Positions 1 to 8,604 of a stretch of 52,143 nt of DNA are shown here, in pieces. This DNA is from a virus: positions 1-52,143 of IMG/VR virus record IMGVR_UViG_3300042908_001490; one strand, 5' to 3'. The first letter of the stretch is position 1, and the number at the start of each line of letters is the position of its first letter. The notes under the pieces are model-generated. The model searched no databases and was not told the origin of the DNA. It worked only from the letters and a program-made list of their open reading frames with translations. The translations under genes were made by a program, and so were the position numbers.

Positions 1-198
1 GCGCGTGAGTTGAGTTGCGTAGCCCAAATTGTATTTGAGCGTAGCGAAAACAAAGAAGGCTACAGCGACGAAACGAACAAAATATTGATTTTATGTTATT
101 ATAAAAAAGTAGGTGTAGTCCAATTAAATGCAGAAATGCAGCCTACAAAACAAAAAACAAATCTCAAAACCAAAGAACCGTGGGGCGCACGGTCTTAA
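1..198. repeat. terminal direct repeat, left copy
   Basis: Reads identically to 51946-52143 (gcgcgtgagttgagttgcgtagcc ... gcgcacggtcttaa). Confidence 0.97.
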
Positions 199-373
199 AG
201 CTCAGTTAATGTCCTCATAGAGGAGTCACTGAGAAGCCTACACTCACCTGAAAGGGAGTGTGTGGAGTACGTCACAATGTGCATAACGGACAAAACGCCC
301 CAGTGTTTTCGACACTAAGACGTTTTTCTTTATCTGCCCGCTCGACCTCTACCACAGACCGAGGAAATAATAA

Positions 374-1255
374 ATGAATCATACTGCAAACCTGCCTCAA
401 TTACAAGGTACGACTGTACTTACCAAGCAAGAAATCCTAGAAACCCGCGAATTGGCGTTTGAATTTGCCAACAGCTTAGACAACAAACAACTCCTAACTC
501 AAATGGGGATGTTTAACGCCTACGCTTGGAGAGCCGCCATAAATCACGGAGCGCTCTACTACGAAGTGGACAAATACAGAATTAGTTATCCAGAGTGGAA
601 CAACCTGCTCAACTGCTCACACCAAGGAAAACTAGAAATTGTTGTGGCTACTGAGTGGCTACAGGAATACATGAAGGAAAACTGGAAAGGCGCGTGCCAC
701 AGTGAAAACACCCTAAGAAAATATCGCAAACAGCACGTAGGACTAGGATTAATCTACTTTGACATCGAGAATCGCCCCAAAGGCGCATATTGGGGAAGTA
801 GAAATGGGGAGAAGGGACACGCTACAGCCACACCACCAAAATTAGAAAAAGTAGACTTGCCCAGAATCTTGATTTTCTATCAAGTTTGCGATCAAATCTA
901 CAGAGATAGACTAAACCAAAAACTCATGAACTCCGATCGCATAACCGCGTTCGACTGTATGCCCTCACATGGTGGCATGGTAATGGTTGAACTGTATAAT
1001 GCTCTGAATATCAGCGATTTTCGGGGTAATGTTGGAGCATCAGAAATAGTTGCCCAAGCACAAGAGGAAGTAGCGATCGCAAAACCTCGCGTAGCTTTCA
1101 GTTGGAGGAATAACCCTAAAAATTACTTTGACCCGGCAATTTGGAAATATTTGGTTGAGAGTGCCAAATTTGTAGCCAGTCAGGTCAAGGAGGTTGTTAT
1201 AGAAATAGCTTCTGAACTGATGCCACTTGGCACTCTTGATGAAGTTCCATATTAA
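374..1255 (+). CDS. hypothetical protein, possible partner of the downstream primase zinc finger
   Basis: 293-aa ORF with GAGGA upstream of the ATG. Its stop is 11 nt before the CHC2 zinc-finger gene. The strings LIYFDIE and GEKGHA only loosely recall AEP primase motifs (unverified). Confidence 0.6.
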   Translation: MNHTANLPQLQGTTVLTKQEILETRELAFEFANSLDNKQLLTQMGMFNAYAWRAAINHGALYYEVDKYRISYPEWNNLLNCSHQGKLEIVVATEWLQEYMKENWKGACHSENTLRKYRKQHVGLGLIYFDIENRPKGAYWGSRNGEKGHATATPPKLEKVDLPRILIFYQVCDQIYRDRLNQKLMNSDRITAFDCMPSHGGMVMVELYNALNISDFRGNVGASEIVAQAQEEVAIAKPRVAFSWRNNPKNYFDPAIWKYLVESAKFVASQVKEVVIEIASELMPLGTLDEVPY

Positions 1256-1266
1256 TAACTAAAAAT

Positions 1267-1578
1267 ATGACAGAAAGAATACACCCAGGCACTATCGAAG
1301 AAGTAAAAGCGCGTGCTGATATTGCCAAAATAATATCAGAATATGTAGTTTTAACTGAGCAGGGTAAAGACCTCGTTGGTAGTTGCCCATTTTGTAAGGA
1401 GCAACCCAAAGCTAGTTTTCGTGTTAGTCCAGTCAAAGGTATGTACTACTGCTTTAACTGCCACGAAGCTGGTAATTCAATTAAATTCTTGATAGGTATT
1501 CAATCTCGACCGTTCTCTGATGTAGTAAAAAGCCTAGCAGAGAAGCTTCAAGTTCCGGTTAAATTGTTGGGGAAATAA
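1267..1578 (+). CDS. DnaG-type CHC2 zinc-finger protein (primase zinc-binding domain only)
   Basis: CPFCKEQPKASFRVSPVKGMYYCFNCHEAGNSIKFL fits the primase pattern CPFHxEKTPSFxV..YxCFGCGxxGDxIxF. The ORF is only 103 aa and has no TOPRIM part. Confidence 0.8.
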   Translation: MTERIHPGTIEEVKARADIAKIISEYVVLTEQGKDLVGSCPFCKEQPKASFRVSPVKGMYYCFNCHEAGNSIKFLIGIQSRPFSDVVKSLAEKLQVPVKLLGK

Positions 1579-1616
1579 TAGCGATCGCACACAAAGCACA
1601 TAATTAGGAGGAAATA

Positions 1617-1910
1617 ATGATTGTTGCAGGAAAATTAGAGGTAACAGCCAAAATCACTGAACTACCCAAATCATCCACTGACAAGAACGGGTGGCATGAG
1701 TTTTTTGTGAACTGTGACAGCACGAAAATCAGGGTTAAAGTAAAACCTAAAGTCTGGAATAAGCTGCTTCATGCCGATGCAAATTACCCTATGTGGGTGG
1801 CATCAATCACGGGTAAAGTAGGTGAACCAATATCAGGCGGTTTTAATGTCATCGAACCTGCTATCCAAGTCTACGAGAAAAAGCCCAAGCCCTCGAAGGA
1901 AGAAAATTAA
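1617..1910 (+). CDS. hypothetical protein
   Basis: 97-aa ORF with an AGGAGG Shine-Dalgarno sequence upstream of the ATG. Lys-rich C-terminus. Confidence 0.6.
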   Translation: MIVAGKLEVTAKITELPKSSTDKNGWHEFFVNCDSTKIRVKVKPKVWNKLLHADANYPMWVASITGKVGEPISGGFNVIEPAIQVYEKKPKPSKEEN

Positions 1911-1929
1911 TTGATAGGCGATCGCATTG

Positions 1930-1947
1930 AATAAGCGATCGCTTATT
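1930..1947 (+). terminator. HIP1-centred palindrome, possible terminator
   Basis: 18-bp perfect palindrome AATAAGCGATCGCTTATT, 20 nt after the stop at 1910. Confidence 0.4.
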
Positions 1948-2097
1948 ATTTCCCCGCAAAATGACGTATTTTTATAGCTTTTAAAGTGGTAATCATTTAA
2001 AATAAATACTTATTGCTGATGTTTTAAAGCTGTTTATTTACAATATATTCTTGTGCAATTTGAAATTGATCGTAACAAGATAAATGAATTAAAAAAT

Positions 2098-2448
2098 ATG
2101 AGTAATTACAGAAAAACTCATATTTGCCAAGGCACTTCTGTCTCCATGTGGGGAAGATGGATAAGAGACATACACTCCCCTGGCATCCGAACTTTAGAAG
2201 ATATATCCAAGCATGGTGGATTAAACCCAGCAGAATTAGCGATCGCTATTCTAGAACTTCGACAAGAATACCTGGAAAGTCAATCTTCTGATTACTCATT
2301 TGAGCGTCAGGTGGAAGAGATGAGTGAGGAGCAGTCGAAAGAACTTTTAGTAAAGTTGTATAAACAGATGACAGAGTGTGGGATAACCCATCTGCCTGAG
2401 CGTGATTCTGATAAGTGTACGCTTCCTGAGAATGTATTAGTTAGCTAA
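2098..2448 (+). CDS. hypothetical protein
   Basis: The ORF track opens at a GTG at 2053. The first ATG is at 2098 (MSNYRKTHICQG...). Confidence 0.45.
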   Translation: MSNYRKTHICQGTSVSMWGRWIRDIHSPGIRTLEDISKHGGLNPAELAIAILELRQEYLESQSSDYSFERQVEEMSEEQSKELLVKLYKQMTECGITHLPERDSDKCTLPENVLVS

Positions 2449-2456
2449 TATTTTCT

Positions 2457-2486
2457 ATCCACCCATTTATTACTAAATGGGTGGAT
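2457..2486 (+). terminator. stem-loop, probable terminator
   Basis: 12-bp perfect stem ATCCACCCATTT / AAATGGGTGGAT with a 6-nt loop, 9 nt after the stop. There is no clear T-run. Confidence 0.45.
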
Positions 2487-2531
2487 ACTATTAAACAAAT
2501 GCTATAATTCCAACAAATTACTAATTAAACT

Positions 2532-2774
2532 ATGGCTACCAAGAAAGAACCACTAGAAATAATTGAGGAAGTTAATACTTCAGATTGGCGATCGCTTCCT
2601 GTCGTTCCCGTACTAAAGAGCGATCGCCGTCAATTATTAATTGATAATCTTGTACCAGCAATATTATCAGGGTTGAAACTTGACTTGGACAAAATACCAA
2701 GCCAAGAACAAAGAAACAAGATTGTTAACTTTGCTGTCAAATTAGCAAATGATGTAATAGCTGCAACTAATTAG
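2532..2774 (+). CDS. hypothetical protein
   Basis: 80-aa ORF from the ORF track, following the hairpin. Confidence 0.5.
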   Translation: MATKKEPLEIIEEVNTSDWRSLPVVPVLKSDRRQLLIDNLVPAILSGLKLDLDKIPSQEQRNKIVNFAVKLANDVIAATN

Positions 2775-3265
2775 GGTCTGGGTATTACGCCGTTACAAAT
2801 GTAGCTGTACATTCTCTGACTTGCGCTATCTACCTCGCGTCTAATAGGCTCAAACTCAAGAGTTTCATATTCTTCTTTCCCCTTGAGTTTACCCTTGTAA
2901 GTAACTGATTCAGACTTATAAGCGATCGCGTAATTATTGCAATCAATAACTACTTCGTCGTCAAACCTGTACCCGTGAGAGAATATTGTCACTTGCAGGA
3001 ACGGCTTACTCATTCCACCGGTGACAGTAATATTTTTCTGAATATAGAACTTTGCTACTACTTTTTTCCCTTCCCTGCTTGTCTCATTCCTCTTACCCAA
3101 ATACAAAAAAGATGGCTTGGATGTCACTGTCAAGCACTCTTGCTGACCTGTCTGAGGGTTCACCCAGTAATTTGCACAGGATTGAGCAGCGGCAGGGGAG
3201 TTAAAAGTACCAACCGAAGCGATCGCTGGCAGTAGTCCCAAAACAAGTCCTAAGAAGTATTTCAT
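2771..3265 (-). CDS. secreted protein, unknown function
   Basis: N-terminus MKYFLGLVLGLLPAIASVGTFNSPAAAQ looks like a signal peptide. It is a lone minus-strand gene within a plus-strand block. Confidence 0.65.
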   Translation of the reverse strand: MKYFLGLVLGLLPAIASVGTFNSPAAAQSCANYWVNPQTGQQECLTVTSKPSFLYLGKRNETSREGKKVVAKFYIQKNITVTGGMSKPFLQVTIFSHGYRFDDEVVIDCNNYAIAYKSESVTYKGKLKGKEEYETLEFEPIRREVDSASQRMYSYICNGVIPRP

Positions 3266-3344
3266 TATTCCCTCTGAATGTGTTATTTATAAATCAAGTA
3301 TTATTAATAATATTACGGAATTAACCACTTACTAATAATTAAGG

Positions 3345-3845
3345 ATGTCTGATAAACCCATATATGAAAAACTAGAAACCGAGACACAAGTAGCTTATGA
3401 AGCTTTCTGTGTTTATCGTGATATGGGTTCATCACGGAGTGTCCCAAGGGTGCGAGATGAGATCGGTGGTACTAGTAGAAGGTTAGAACAATGGTGTTCT
3501 AAGCATAGTTGGATTGCAAGAGCCGACGTTTATGACACAGATCAAGAAGCGATCGCTCGACAAATTTTAGAGGAAGAAAATAGAGAATCATATAGAGAAA
3601 AGTTAAGAAAATATCGCCAAGAAAATGAAGAAATTGGCAATGCACTTCGAGCAACTGCCGTAATTGTATTGAAGAAATTTAGAACATTTGCTAATGAATT
3701 AAATCCCAAAGATATTAAACCTAGCAATGCTGCTAATATAGTTAGGTCAATAGATACTTGTTTGACGCAAGGCGATCGCTTGTTATCCGATTCTTTGGCA
3801 ATAGAAAAACTATTACAGCAAATGAGTTCTGATGAGGAAGAGTAG
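3345..3845 (+). CDS. terS: terminase small subunit-like protein
   Basis: 166-aa ORF overlapping the TerL start by 14 nt. It has an HTH-like N-terminus and a charged coiled C-terminus. The call rests mainly on position. Confidence 0.55.
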   Translation: MSDKPIYEKLETETQVAYEAFCVYRDMGSSRSVPRVRDEIGGTSRRLEQWCSKHSWIARADVYDTDQEAIARQILEEENRESYREKLRKYRQENEEIGNALRATAVIVLKKFRTFANELNPKDIKPSNAANIVRSIDTCLTQGDRLLSDSLAIEKLLQQMSSDEEE

Positions 3846-5430
3846 AGCTAAAGATATTATCCTTGAAGATATATATGCCGAAAATCCTTTGGTAAATTAT
3901 CATTCGCAAAAGTCGGAGAAGCGATCGCATAAAGCCAAGAAAACTGCACAAGATGAGTTTCTTGAGCAAGTATGGAAACCTCAAGACGGGTTTCAACAAA
4001 AAGTGTATGAATCAGAAGCAGATGAGCTTTTAGTGGGTGGCGCGGCTGGTCCCGGTAAAAGTGCAGCCCTGTTGATTGTCGCTACAAGGCTTCACAGGAA
4101 TGCAATTATTTTTAGGCGGGAATATTCTCGTTTGAAAGACATAATTGAAAAGAGTCGAAGAATGTTGAATCCTACCAGTGGCAGATATAACAGCACCGAT
4201 AAAATATGGCGACTTCCTGGTAGTAAAACTTTAGAATTTGGTGCGGTTCAATATGAAGATGACAAGGAGAATTATCGGGGGCGTGAACATGATTTAAAAG
4301 GATTTGATGAATTAACAGAATTTAGCCAGACCCAGTACGAATTTATTATTACTTGGAATAGATCATCTGACCCTAATCAAAAATGCAGGGTAATCTCAAC
4401 TTGTAATCCTCCATCCTCAACAGAAGGGGCGTGGATTATTGATTATTGGAGTCCTTGGTTAAAAGAAGATTATCCAGGCGATCGCGCATTACCAGGGGAA
4501 CTCAGATGGTTTGCAACTTTGGATGGTGAATCAGTAGAAGTTCCCAATGGGGACCCGATTGAACATACAAATCAGGATGGGATAACAGAAACTATTATTC
4601 CCCGTTCTCGCTCATTCATCCCTGGGTCACTGGATGAAAACATCTACTTGCGAGATACCAATTACAGGGGGATGTTACAGCGATTACCTGAACCATTGCG
4701 ATCGCAACTCTTGTACGGTTCATTCAAAACTGTTGCTACAAAAGACCATCCTTGGCAGATTGTTCCAACTGAATGGTACGATGCGGCTGTAGCGAGATGG
4801 ACAGCGATCGCACCAGCACCACAATCTCATTTAGGAGTTGATGTGGCACGGGGTGGGGATTGTTATAGTGTGATTGCACCAAGACATCATCACTGGCTTG
4901 CACAGTTGATTGAGATTCCTGGTAAAGATACACCCGATGGTGATACTTTGGCATTGGAAATATTGAAGGTAATGCGATCGCAGAAAACAGAAATCAGAAT
5001 TGACGTAGTGGGTGTTGGTAGTTCACCCTATGATTCTTTGCGGCGAATGAATGTTGAGCCAATTCCTATTAATGGTGGTGCTACTGTTAAGGATGAAGAT
5101 GGCAACCCAAGAAAAGACAGAAGTGGTGTTTTGCAATTCTATAATTTGCGATCGTATCTCTACTGGAACATGAGAGAAATTCTTGATCCTAAATATGGGC
5201 TAAACATAGCTTTACCACCTAATCCAAAACTCAGAACACAGTTATTGGCTCATAGATGGTCGGTTACAAAAGGCAGGACTCAATTTGGGGAAATTAGAGT
5301 TGAGAGTAAGACCGACCCACTTCTTATGAAACGACTTGGTGGGCGATCGCCTGATGAAGCTGATGCTACGGTTTACGCTTTCGGGGAGATTGAAAATGAA
5401 TTGTCCTATGAGTGGATGCGGGAGATTTGA
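3832..5430 (+). CDS. terL: terminase large subunit
   Basis: Walker A is VGGAAGPGKS and Walker B is LKGFDELTEF. A coupling motif STCNPP is present. RNaseH-like nuclease acidic motifs are GVDVARGGD and SPDEADA. Confidence 0.9.
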   Translation: MRKSRAKDIILEDIYAENPLVNYHSQKSEKRSHKAKKTAQDEFLEQVWKPQDGFQQKVYESEADELLVGGAAGPGKSAALLIVATRLHRNAIIFRREYSRLKDIIEKSRRMLNPTSGRYNSTDKIWRLPGSKTLEFGAVQYEDDKENYRGREHDLKGFDELTEFSQTQYEFIITWNRSSDPNQKCRVISTCNPPSSTEGAWIIDYWSPWLKEDYPGDRALPGELRWFATLDGESVEVPNGDPIEHTNQDGITETIIPRSRSFIPGSLDENIYLRDTNYRGMLQRLPEPLRSQLLYGSFKTVATKDHPWQIVPTEWYDAAVARWTAIAPAPQSHLGVDVARGGDCYSVIAPRHHHWLAQLIEIPGKDTPDGDTLALEILKVMRSQKTEIRIDVVGVGSSPYDSLRRMNVEPIPINGGATVKDEDGNPRKDRSGVLQFYNLRSYLYWNMREILDPKYGLNIALPPNPKLRTQLLAHRWSVTKGRTQFGEIRVESKTDPLLMKRLGGRSPDEADATVYAFGEIENELSYEWMREI

Positions 5431-5651
5431 GTTAGGGGAATTTACGCGATCGCTATAAACCAAGTGTAATTTGCTAACCAACAATATCCTGACTTGGTAT
5501 TTCTATAGTCACACCTATTGGTATTTATTGAAAGTGCGAAATTGTGTATTAATTGTGGTAAAATAATTAAACCAGCCCACGAAGGAATACGGGAATATTC
5601 CGTGTGGTTTCGCTGGTAACATTTCACCCGAAAAAGGCGGGTTACTTTGTT

Positions 5652-6347
5652 ATGAACAATATAGCAACATTTGACTACAACGGACAATTGATTTCTCGTC
5701 GGCATGATGGTTTCATCAATCTCACTCAAATGTGCCAAGCGAATGGGAAAAGACTAGACAACTATACGAGACTAAAGCAAACTCAAGAGTATATCAGGGT
5801 TTTGAGCCAGTCCCTCACATTAGAGGTAGTGCAATCAGAAATCGGTGGGACATCTCCTTGCACTTGGGGGCATCCTAGTTTGGCAATTAATCTAGCTCGA
5901 TGGATTAGCACCGAATTTGCTATATGGTGCGACAGTCATATCTTCAACCTGATGTCAACTGGCACTACAGCGATCGCACGCCACAGCATCCCACAAACTT
6001 ATGCGGAGGCATTGCTAGAGGCTGCACACTTAGCGCAGGAAAACGAACGGTTAGAGCAACAAAACATCTTACTAGAACAGCAGAATGAGTGTTTATCTGA
6101 AGCAGTGGATGAATTGTTCAATTATTCCTCTATCGTTCGTGTAGCCAAATTTAACGGCATTTCAGAGACTCGGTTTAAGTGGCATAGGCTCAAAGCTGTG
6201 TCAAATCAAATGGGGTTGGAAATCAAGAAAGTACCATGCCCAAGATTTGTTGAGAAAAATTTATATTCTCATGATGCTTGGCGTGTTGCTTATCCTGGTA
6301 TCCCATTACCAGAAACAACTACATTGGTAGTGCAAGCGGTTAAATAA
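5652..6347 (+). CDS. KilA-N domain / antirepressor-like protein
   Basis: FDYNGQLISRRHDGFINLTQMCQANGKRLDNY...WGHPSLAINLARWIS is a typical KilA-N pattern. The ATG at 5652 lies inside the longer GTG ORF. Confidence 0.85.
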   Translation: MNNIATFDYNGQLISRRHDGFINLTQMCQANGKRLDNYTRLKQTQEYIRVLSQSLTLEVVQSEIGGTSPCTWGHPSLAINLARWISTEFAIWCDSHIFNLMSTGTTAIARHSIPQTYAEALLEAAHLAQENERLEQQNILLEQQNECLSEAVDELFNYSSIVRVAKFNGISETRFKWHRLKAVSNQMGLEIKKVPCPRFVEKNLYSHDAWRVAYPGIPLPETTTLVVQAVK

Positions 6348-6353
6348 TTAAAT

Positions 6354-6387
6354 AAGCGATCGCTCTATTGTCGAGCGATCGCTTTTC
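6354..6387 (+). terminator. intrinsic terminator built from two HIP1 copies
   Basis: The stem AAGCGATCGCTC / GAGCGATCGCTT is 12 bp with a 7-nt loop. It is followed by TTTT, 7 nt after the stop. Confidence 0.6.
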
Positions 6388-6416
6388 ACCTTGTCCACTT
6401 ATCATCTAATAAAATC

Positions 6417-6698
6417 ATGGCAAACTCATCACTTAATAAACACGAAAGATTAGAATTTGTAGACCAATATTTAAAGTCCAAAGGCTTCTGGTTTGCAGAT
6501 TTTGGGAACTACTGCTATGGGAAAAGAAGTGAAACTTTAGGAATCAGTATCGAGATTAAAGGTTATCTAATTTGTGTTTCTCTAATTAAATTTCCCGAAT
6601 GCGATAAATCTTCTTCCGTAGGTATTTTTGGTGGCAACACGAAAGAACTACAAGAGCTTTTGGATATCTTGATTTTTGCAGTCAAGGTTCAAGGCTAG
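6417..6698 (+). CDS. hypothetical protein
   Basis: 93-aa ORF directly upstream of the PLD-family gene. Confidence 0.5.
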   Translation: MANSSLNKHERLEFVDQYLKSKGFWFADFGNYCYGKRSETLGISIEIKGYLICVSLIKFPECDKSSSVGIFGGNTKELQELLDILIFAVKVQG

Positions 6699-6782
6699 GT
6701 AGAATTTAGTAAATTTAGATCGCTGGTTGGGTGGGTGGGACAGCGATCGCAAGCTTGTGTTACAAATTATAAGGAGAAAAAT

Positions 6783-7598
6783 ATGCTTGCTAATTTAAAT
6801 AAAATCAATATAGACGGAGACGTTAAATGGCAACGGTTAACTACTGCTAAAACTAGCTCAATTAGTGTTTATTTTGATAATCTAGAGCAACGTTTGAGGG
6901 AATATATTGTGAGGTCTGAGATATGTCTGGGATGTGTTGCTTGGCTTACCAATGAAAATATATTAAATGCTCTTAGTGGTATCCATAAAGTTTCTATTCT
7001 TGTTCAAAAAGAAGATTTTTTAAGACCTGATTCAGGTAGCAATAAAAAACTAAAAAAGCTTTATGATGATTTACCTGGATTTACTGATGATGATTTGTGG
7101 CCTTATGGAGGATGCAGTAACGTGATCTTCCCTCAAGAAAATGAATCTAAAATCTGGGCGGACGAAGAGGATGAGCGTGAAGTAAAAGATGAATACTTAG
7201 AGTATCCATTTAATAATCCAGTTATATTGTCAACTTTAAGCTCAAAAAAAAGAGGTGTATCCAGACTACCGTTTAGATCGATTACATATTGCAAGGGAGG
7301 GGGTAAAGCGATTAGATGTGTTGGGAATTTGAACACAGATAAGTCACCTGCTATGCCTAGAATGCACCATAAATTTATGTTGTTTTGTGACGAGAATGCA
7401 ATTCCTTTTGCAGTATGGACTGGCTCATTTAATTTTACTCAAAACGGTACAAAGTCTTTAGAAAATGCGATAGTTATTAATGAGCCTGATATTGTTGCAG
7501 CGTATTGGCAAGAATGGGCTTATGTCTATGCACTGTCTGAAGACTTAAACTGGATGCAGAAATGGTGTAGTCCTGACCCTGCCGAGTGGAGAAGTTAG
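6783..7598 (+). CDS. PLD-family (single HKD) nuclease-like protein
   Basis: MHHKFMLFCD...WTGSFNFTQNG matches the HxK..D...GSxN signature. AAGGAG lies upstream of the ATG at 6783. Confidence 0.75.
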   Translation: MLANLNKINIDGDVKWQRLTTAKTSSISVYFDNLEQRLREYIVRSEICLGCVAWLTNENILNALSGIHKVSILVQKEDFLRPDSGSNKKLKKLYDDLPGFTDDDLWPYGGCSNVIFPQENESKIWADEEDEREVKDEYLEYPFNNPVILSTLSSKKRGVSRLPFRSITYCKGGGKAIRCVGNLNTDKSPAMPRMHHKFMLFCDENAIPFAVWTGSFNFTQNGTKSLENAIVINEPDIVAAYWQEWAYVYALSEDLNWMQKWCSPDPAEWRS

Positions 7599-7703
7599 TA
7601 ATTGTAAAGAAATGAATAAGTATAGAAAACGCGATCGCCATCCACAGCCATAACTTTTATTTATGGTTGATTAAACACCCAAATTGTTTTAGGTACAAAA
7701 TCG

Positions 7704-7739
7704 CCACTGTAAAGACGGCATGACTCGTATTTACAGTGG
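7704..7739. terminator. stem-loop between convergent genes
   Basis: 10-bp perfect stem CCACTGTAAA / TTTACAGTGG with a 16-nt loop. The minus-sense 3' side reads CGATTTTG. Confidence 0.4.
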
Positions 7740-7760
7740 ACATAGAGCGATCGCTCTTAT

Positions 7761-7976
7761 TTATTCCTCACTCCATCCTGCTAACCGATCTTTAAGCTGA
7801 TTCAATTCTGCTGTCACAAAACCAATTGTGAGTCCTAAAGTATATTCAACACTTTCTTTTCTATTTACCGCGTTTCTGTTCCCGTATTCCAGCCTTTCCT
7901 CTATCCTTTCAATAATGCTGTTAAACTTTTTAATTTCTTCAACTGGAATACGAGCGATACCAACTTCTTCATTCAT
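7761..7976 (-). CDS. hypothetical protein
   Basis: 71-aa helical ORF from the ORF track. Confidence 0.5.
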   Translation of the reverse strand: MNEEVGIARIPVEEIKKFNSIIERIEERLEYGNRNAVNRKESVEYTLGLTIGFVTAELNQLKDRLAGWSEE

Positions 7977-8046
7977 AATATTTGTTTTTTGTTTTAGTTA
8001 TCAATTAATATTATACTTTAAACAGTGCTAAAATTATCCCAAAACT

Positions 8047-8412
8047 ATGACACACAAGAAAATTAAAAAGATTAGTTTCAACAAATATTTAATCAAGATA
8101 ATTGTTGATGATAAAGTTGCTGGTAAATTGTTAGCGATCGCGGACACCAAGCTAGATTTTCATGTTCTCCAGGTTAAATTAGACAAGAAATTTTGGATTA
8201 TTGAGGAGATAGAAATTATCCCAGAATTTTTAGGTAACGGATTGGGGACTGAGTTGTTAACTTTTGCTATCAAATATTTATGTTTCCGGCAAAAACTTCC
8301 TTTGCTTGTCGTACCTCCCAAAAACGAATATACCGAAAAACTGATAAACTGGTATAAGAGATTTGGCTTTATAGAAACACAGAAAGGTTATTTGATAAAT
8401 ACTGGAGAATGA
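8047..8412 (+). CDS. GNAT-family acetyltransferase-like protein
   Basis: IEEIEIIPEFLGNGLGTELLTFAI fits the acetyl-CoA binding pattern Q/RxxGxG/A. Confidence 0.65.
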   Translation: MTHKKIKKISFNKYLIKIIVDDKVAGKLLAIADTKLDFHVLQVKLDKKFWIIEEIEIIPEFLGNGLGTELLTFAIKYLCFRQKLPLLVVPPKNEYTEKLINWYKRFGFIETQKGYLINTGE

Positions 8413-8422
8413 GATAGAAATT

Positions 8423-8596
8423 ATGGACGATTTAACCCAGAAACTTCAATCACTACTCGACGGTTTTGGTAACAGAGGCAATGCCAAGATTGAAAGACGA
8501 CACGACGGTTTTTATTATATAAGTCAAGCTATGTCTGCTCATTTAGATAGTGAGTACCATAGCGCGATCGCAATATTAAAGCAATTATTTATTTAG
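8423..8596 (+). CDS. small hypothetical protein (57 aa, below ORF-track cutoff)
   Basis: I translated MDDLTQKLQSLLDGFGNRGNAKIERRHDGFYYISQAMSAHLDSEYHSAIAILKQLFI. It fills the gap between the GNAT gene and dcd. Confidence 0.4.
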   Translation: MDDLTQKLQSLLDGFGNRGNAKIERRHDGFYYISQAMSAHLDSEYHSAIAILKQLFI

Positions 8597-8604
8597 GGGA
8601 AACT

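Noticed and set aside
201-290. Possible hammerhead-type ribozyme core (CTGAGAAG ... GAAA)
   Set aside because: The CUGANGA box does not fit because position 8 is A rather than G. I could not build the three-stem junction. I retain only plain hairpins.
1197-1436. Short antisense or overlapping track ORFs. Examples: 1197-1436, 2975-3235, 3542-3999, 4736-4954, 5242-5738, 7133-7336, 7828-8031, 8880-9068, 13926-14111, 15038-15421, 21343-21582, 23251-23508, 28116-28551, 29048-29264, 30029-30310, 30592-30861, 31334-31558, 31555-32024, 33802-34020, 34877-35119, 35386-35571, 38475-38699, 38975-39160, 39581-39944, 42869-43154, 43661-43864, 45049-45252, 45713-45952, 46674-47401, 47584-47802, 50151-50348 and 50582-50812.
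   Set aside because: Each lies inside, and opposite to or out of frame with, a longer ORF that has recognisable motifs or operon coupling. None has an independent start signal.
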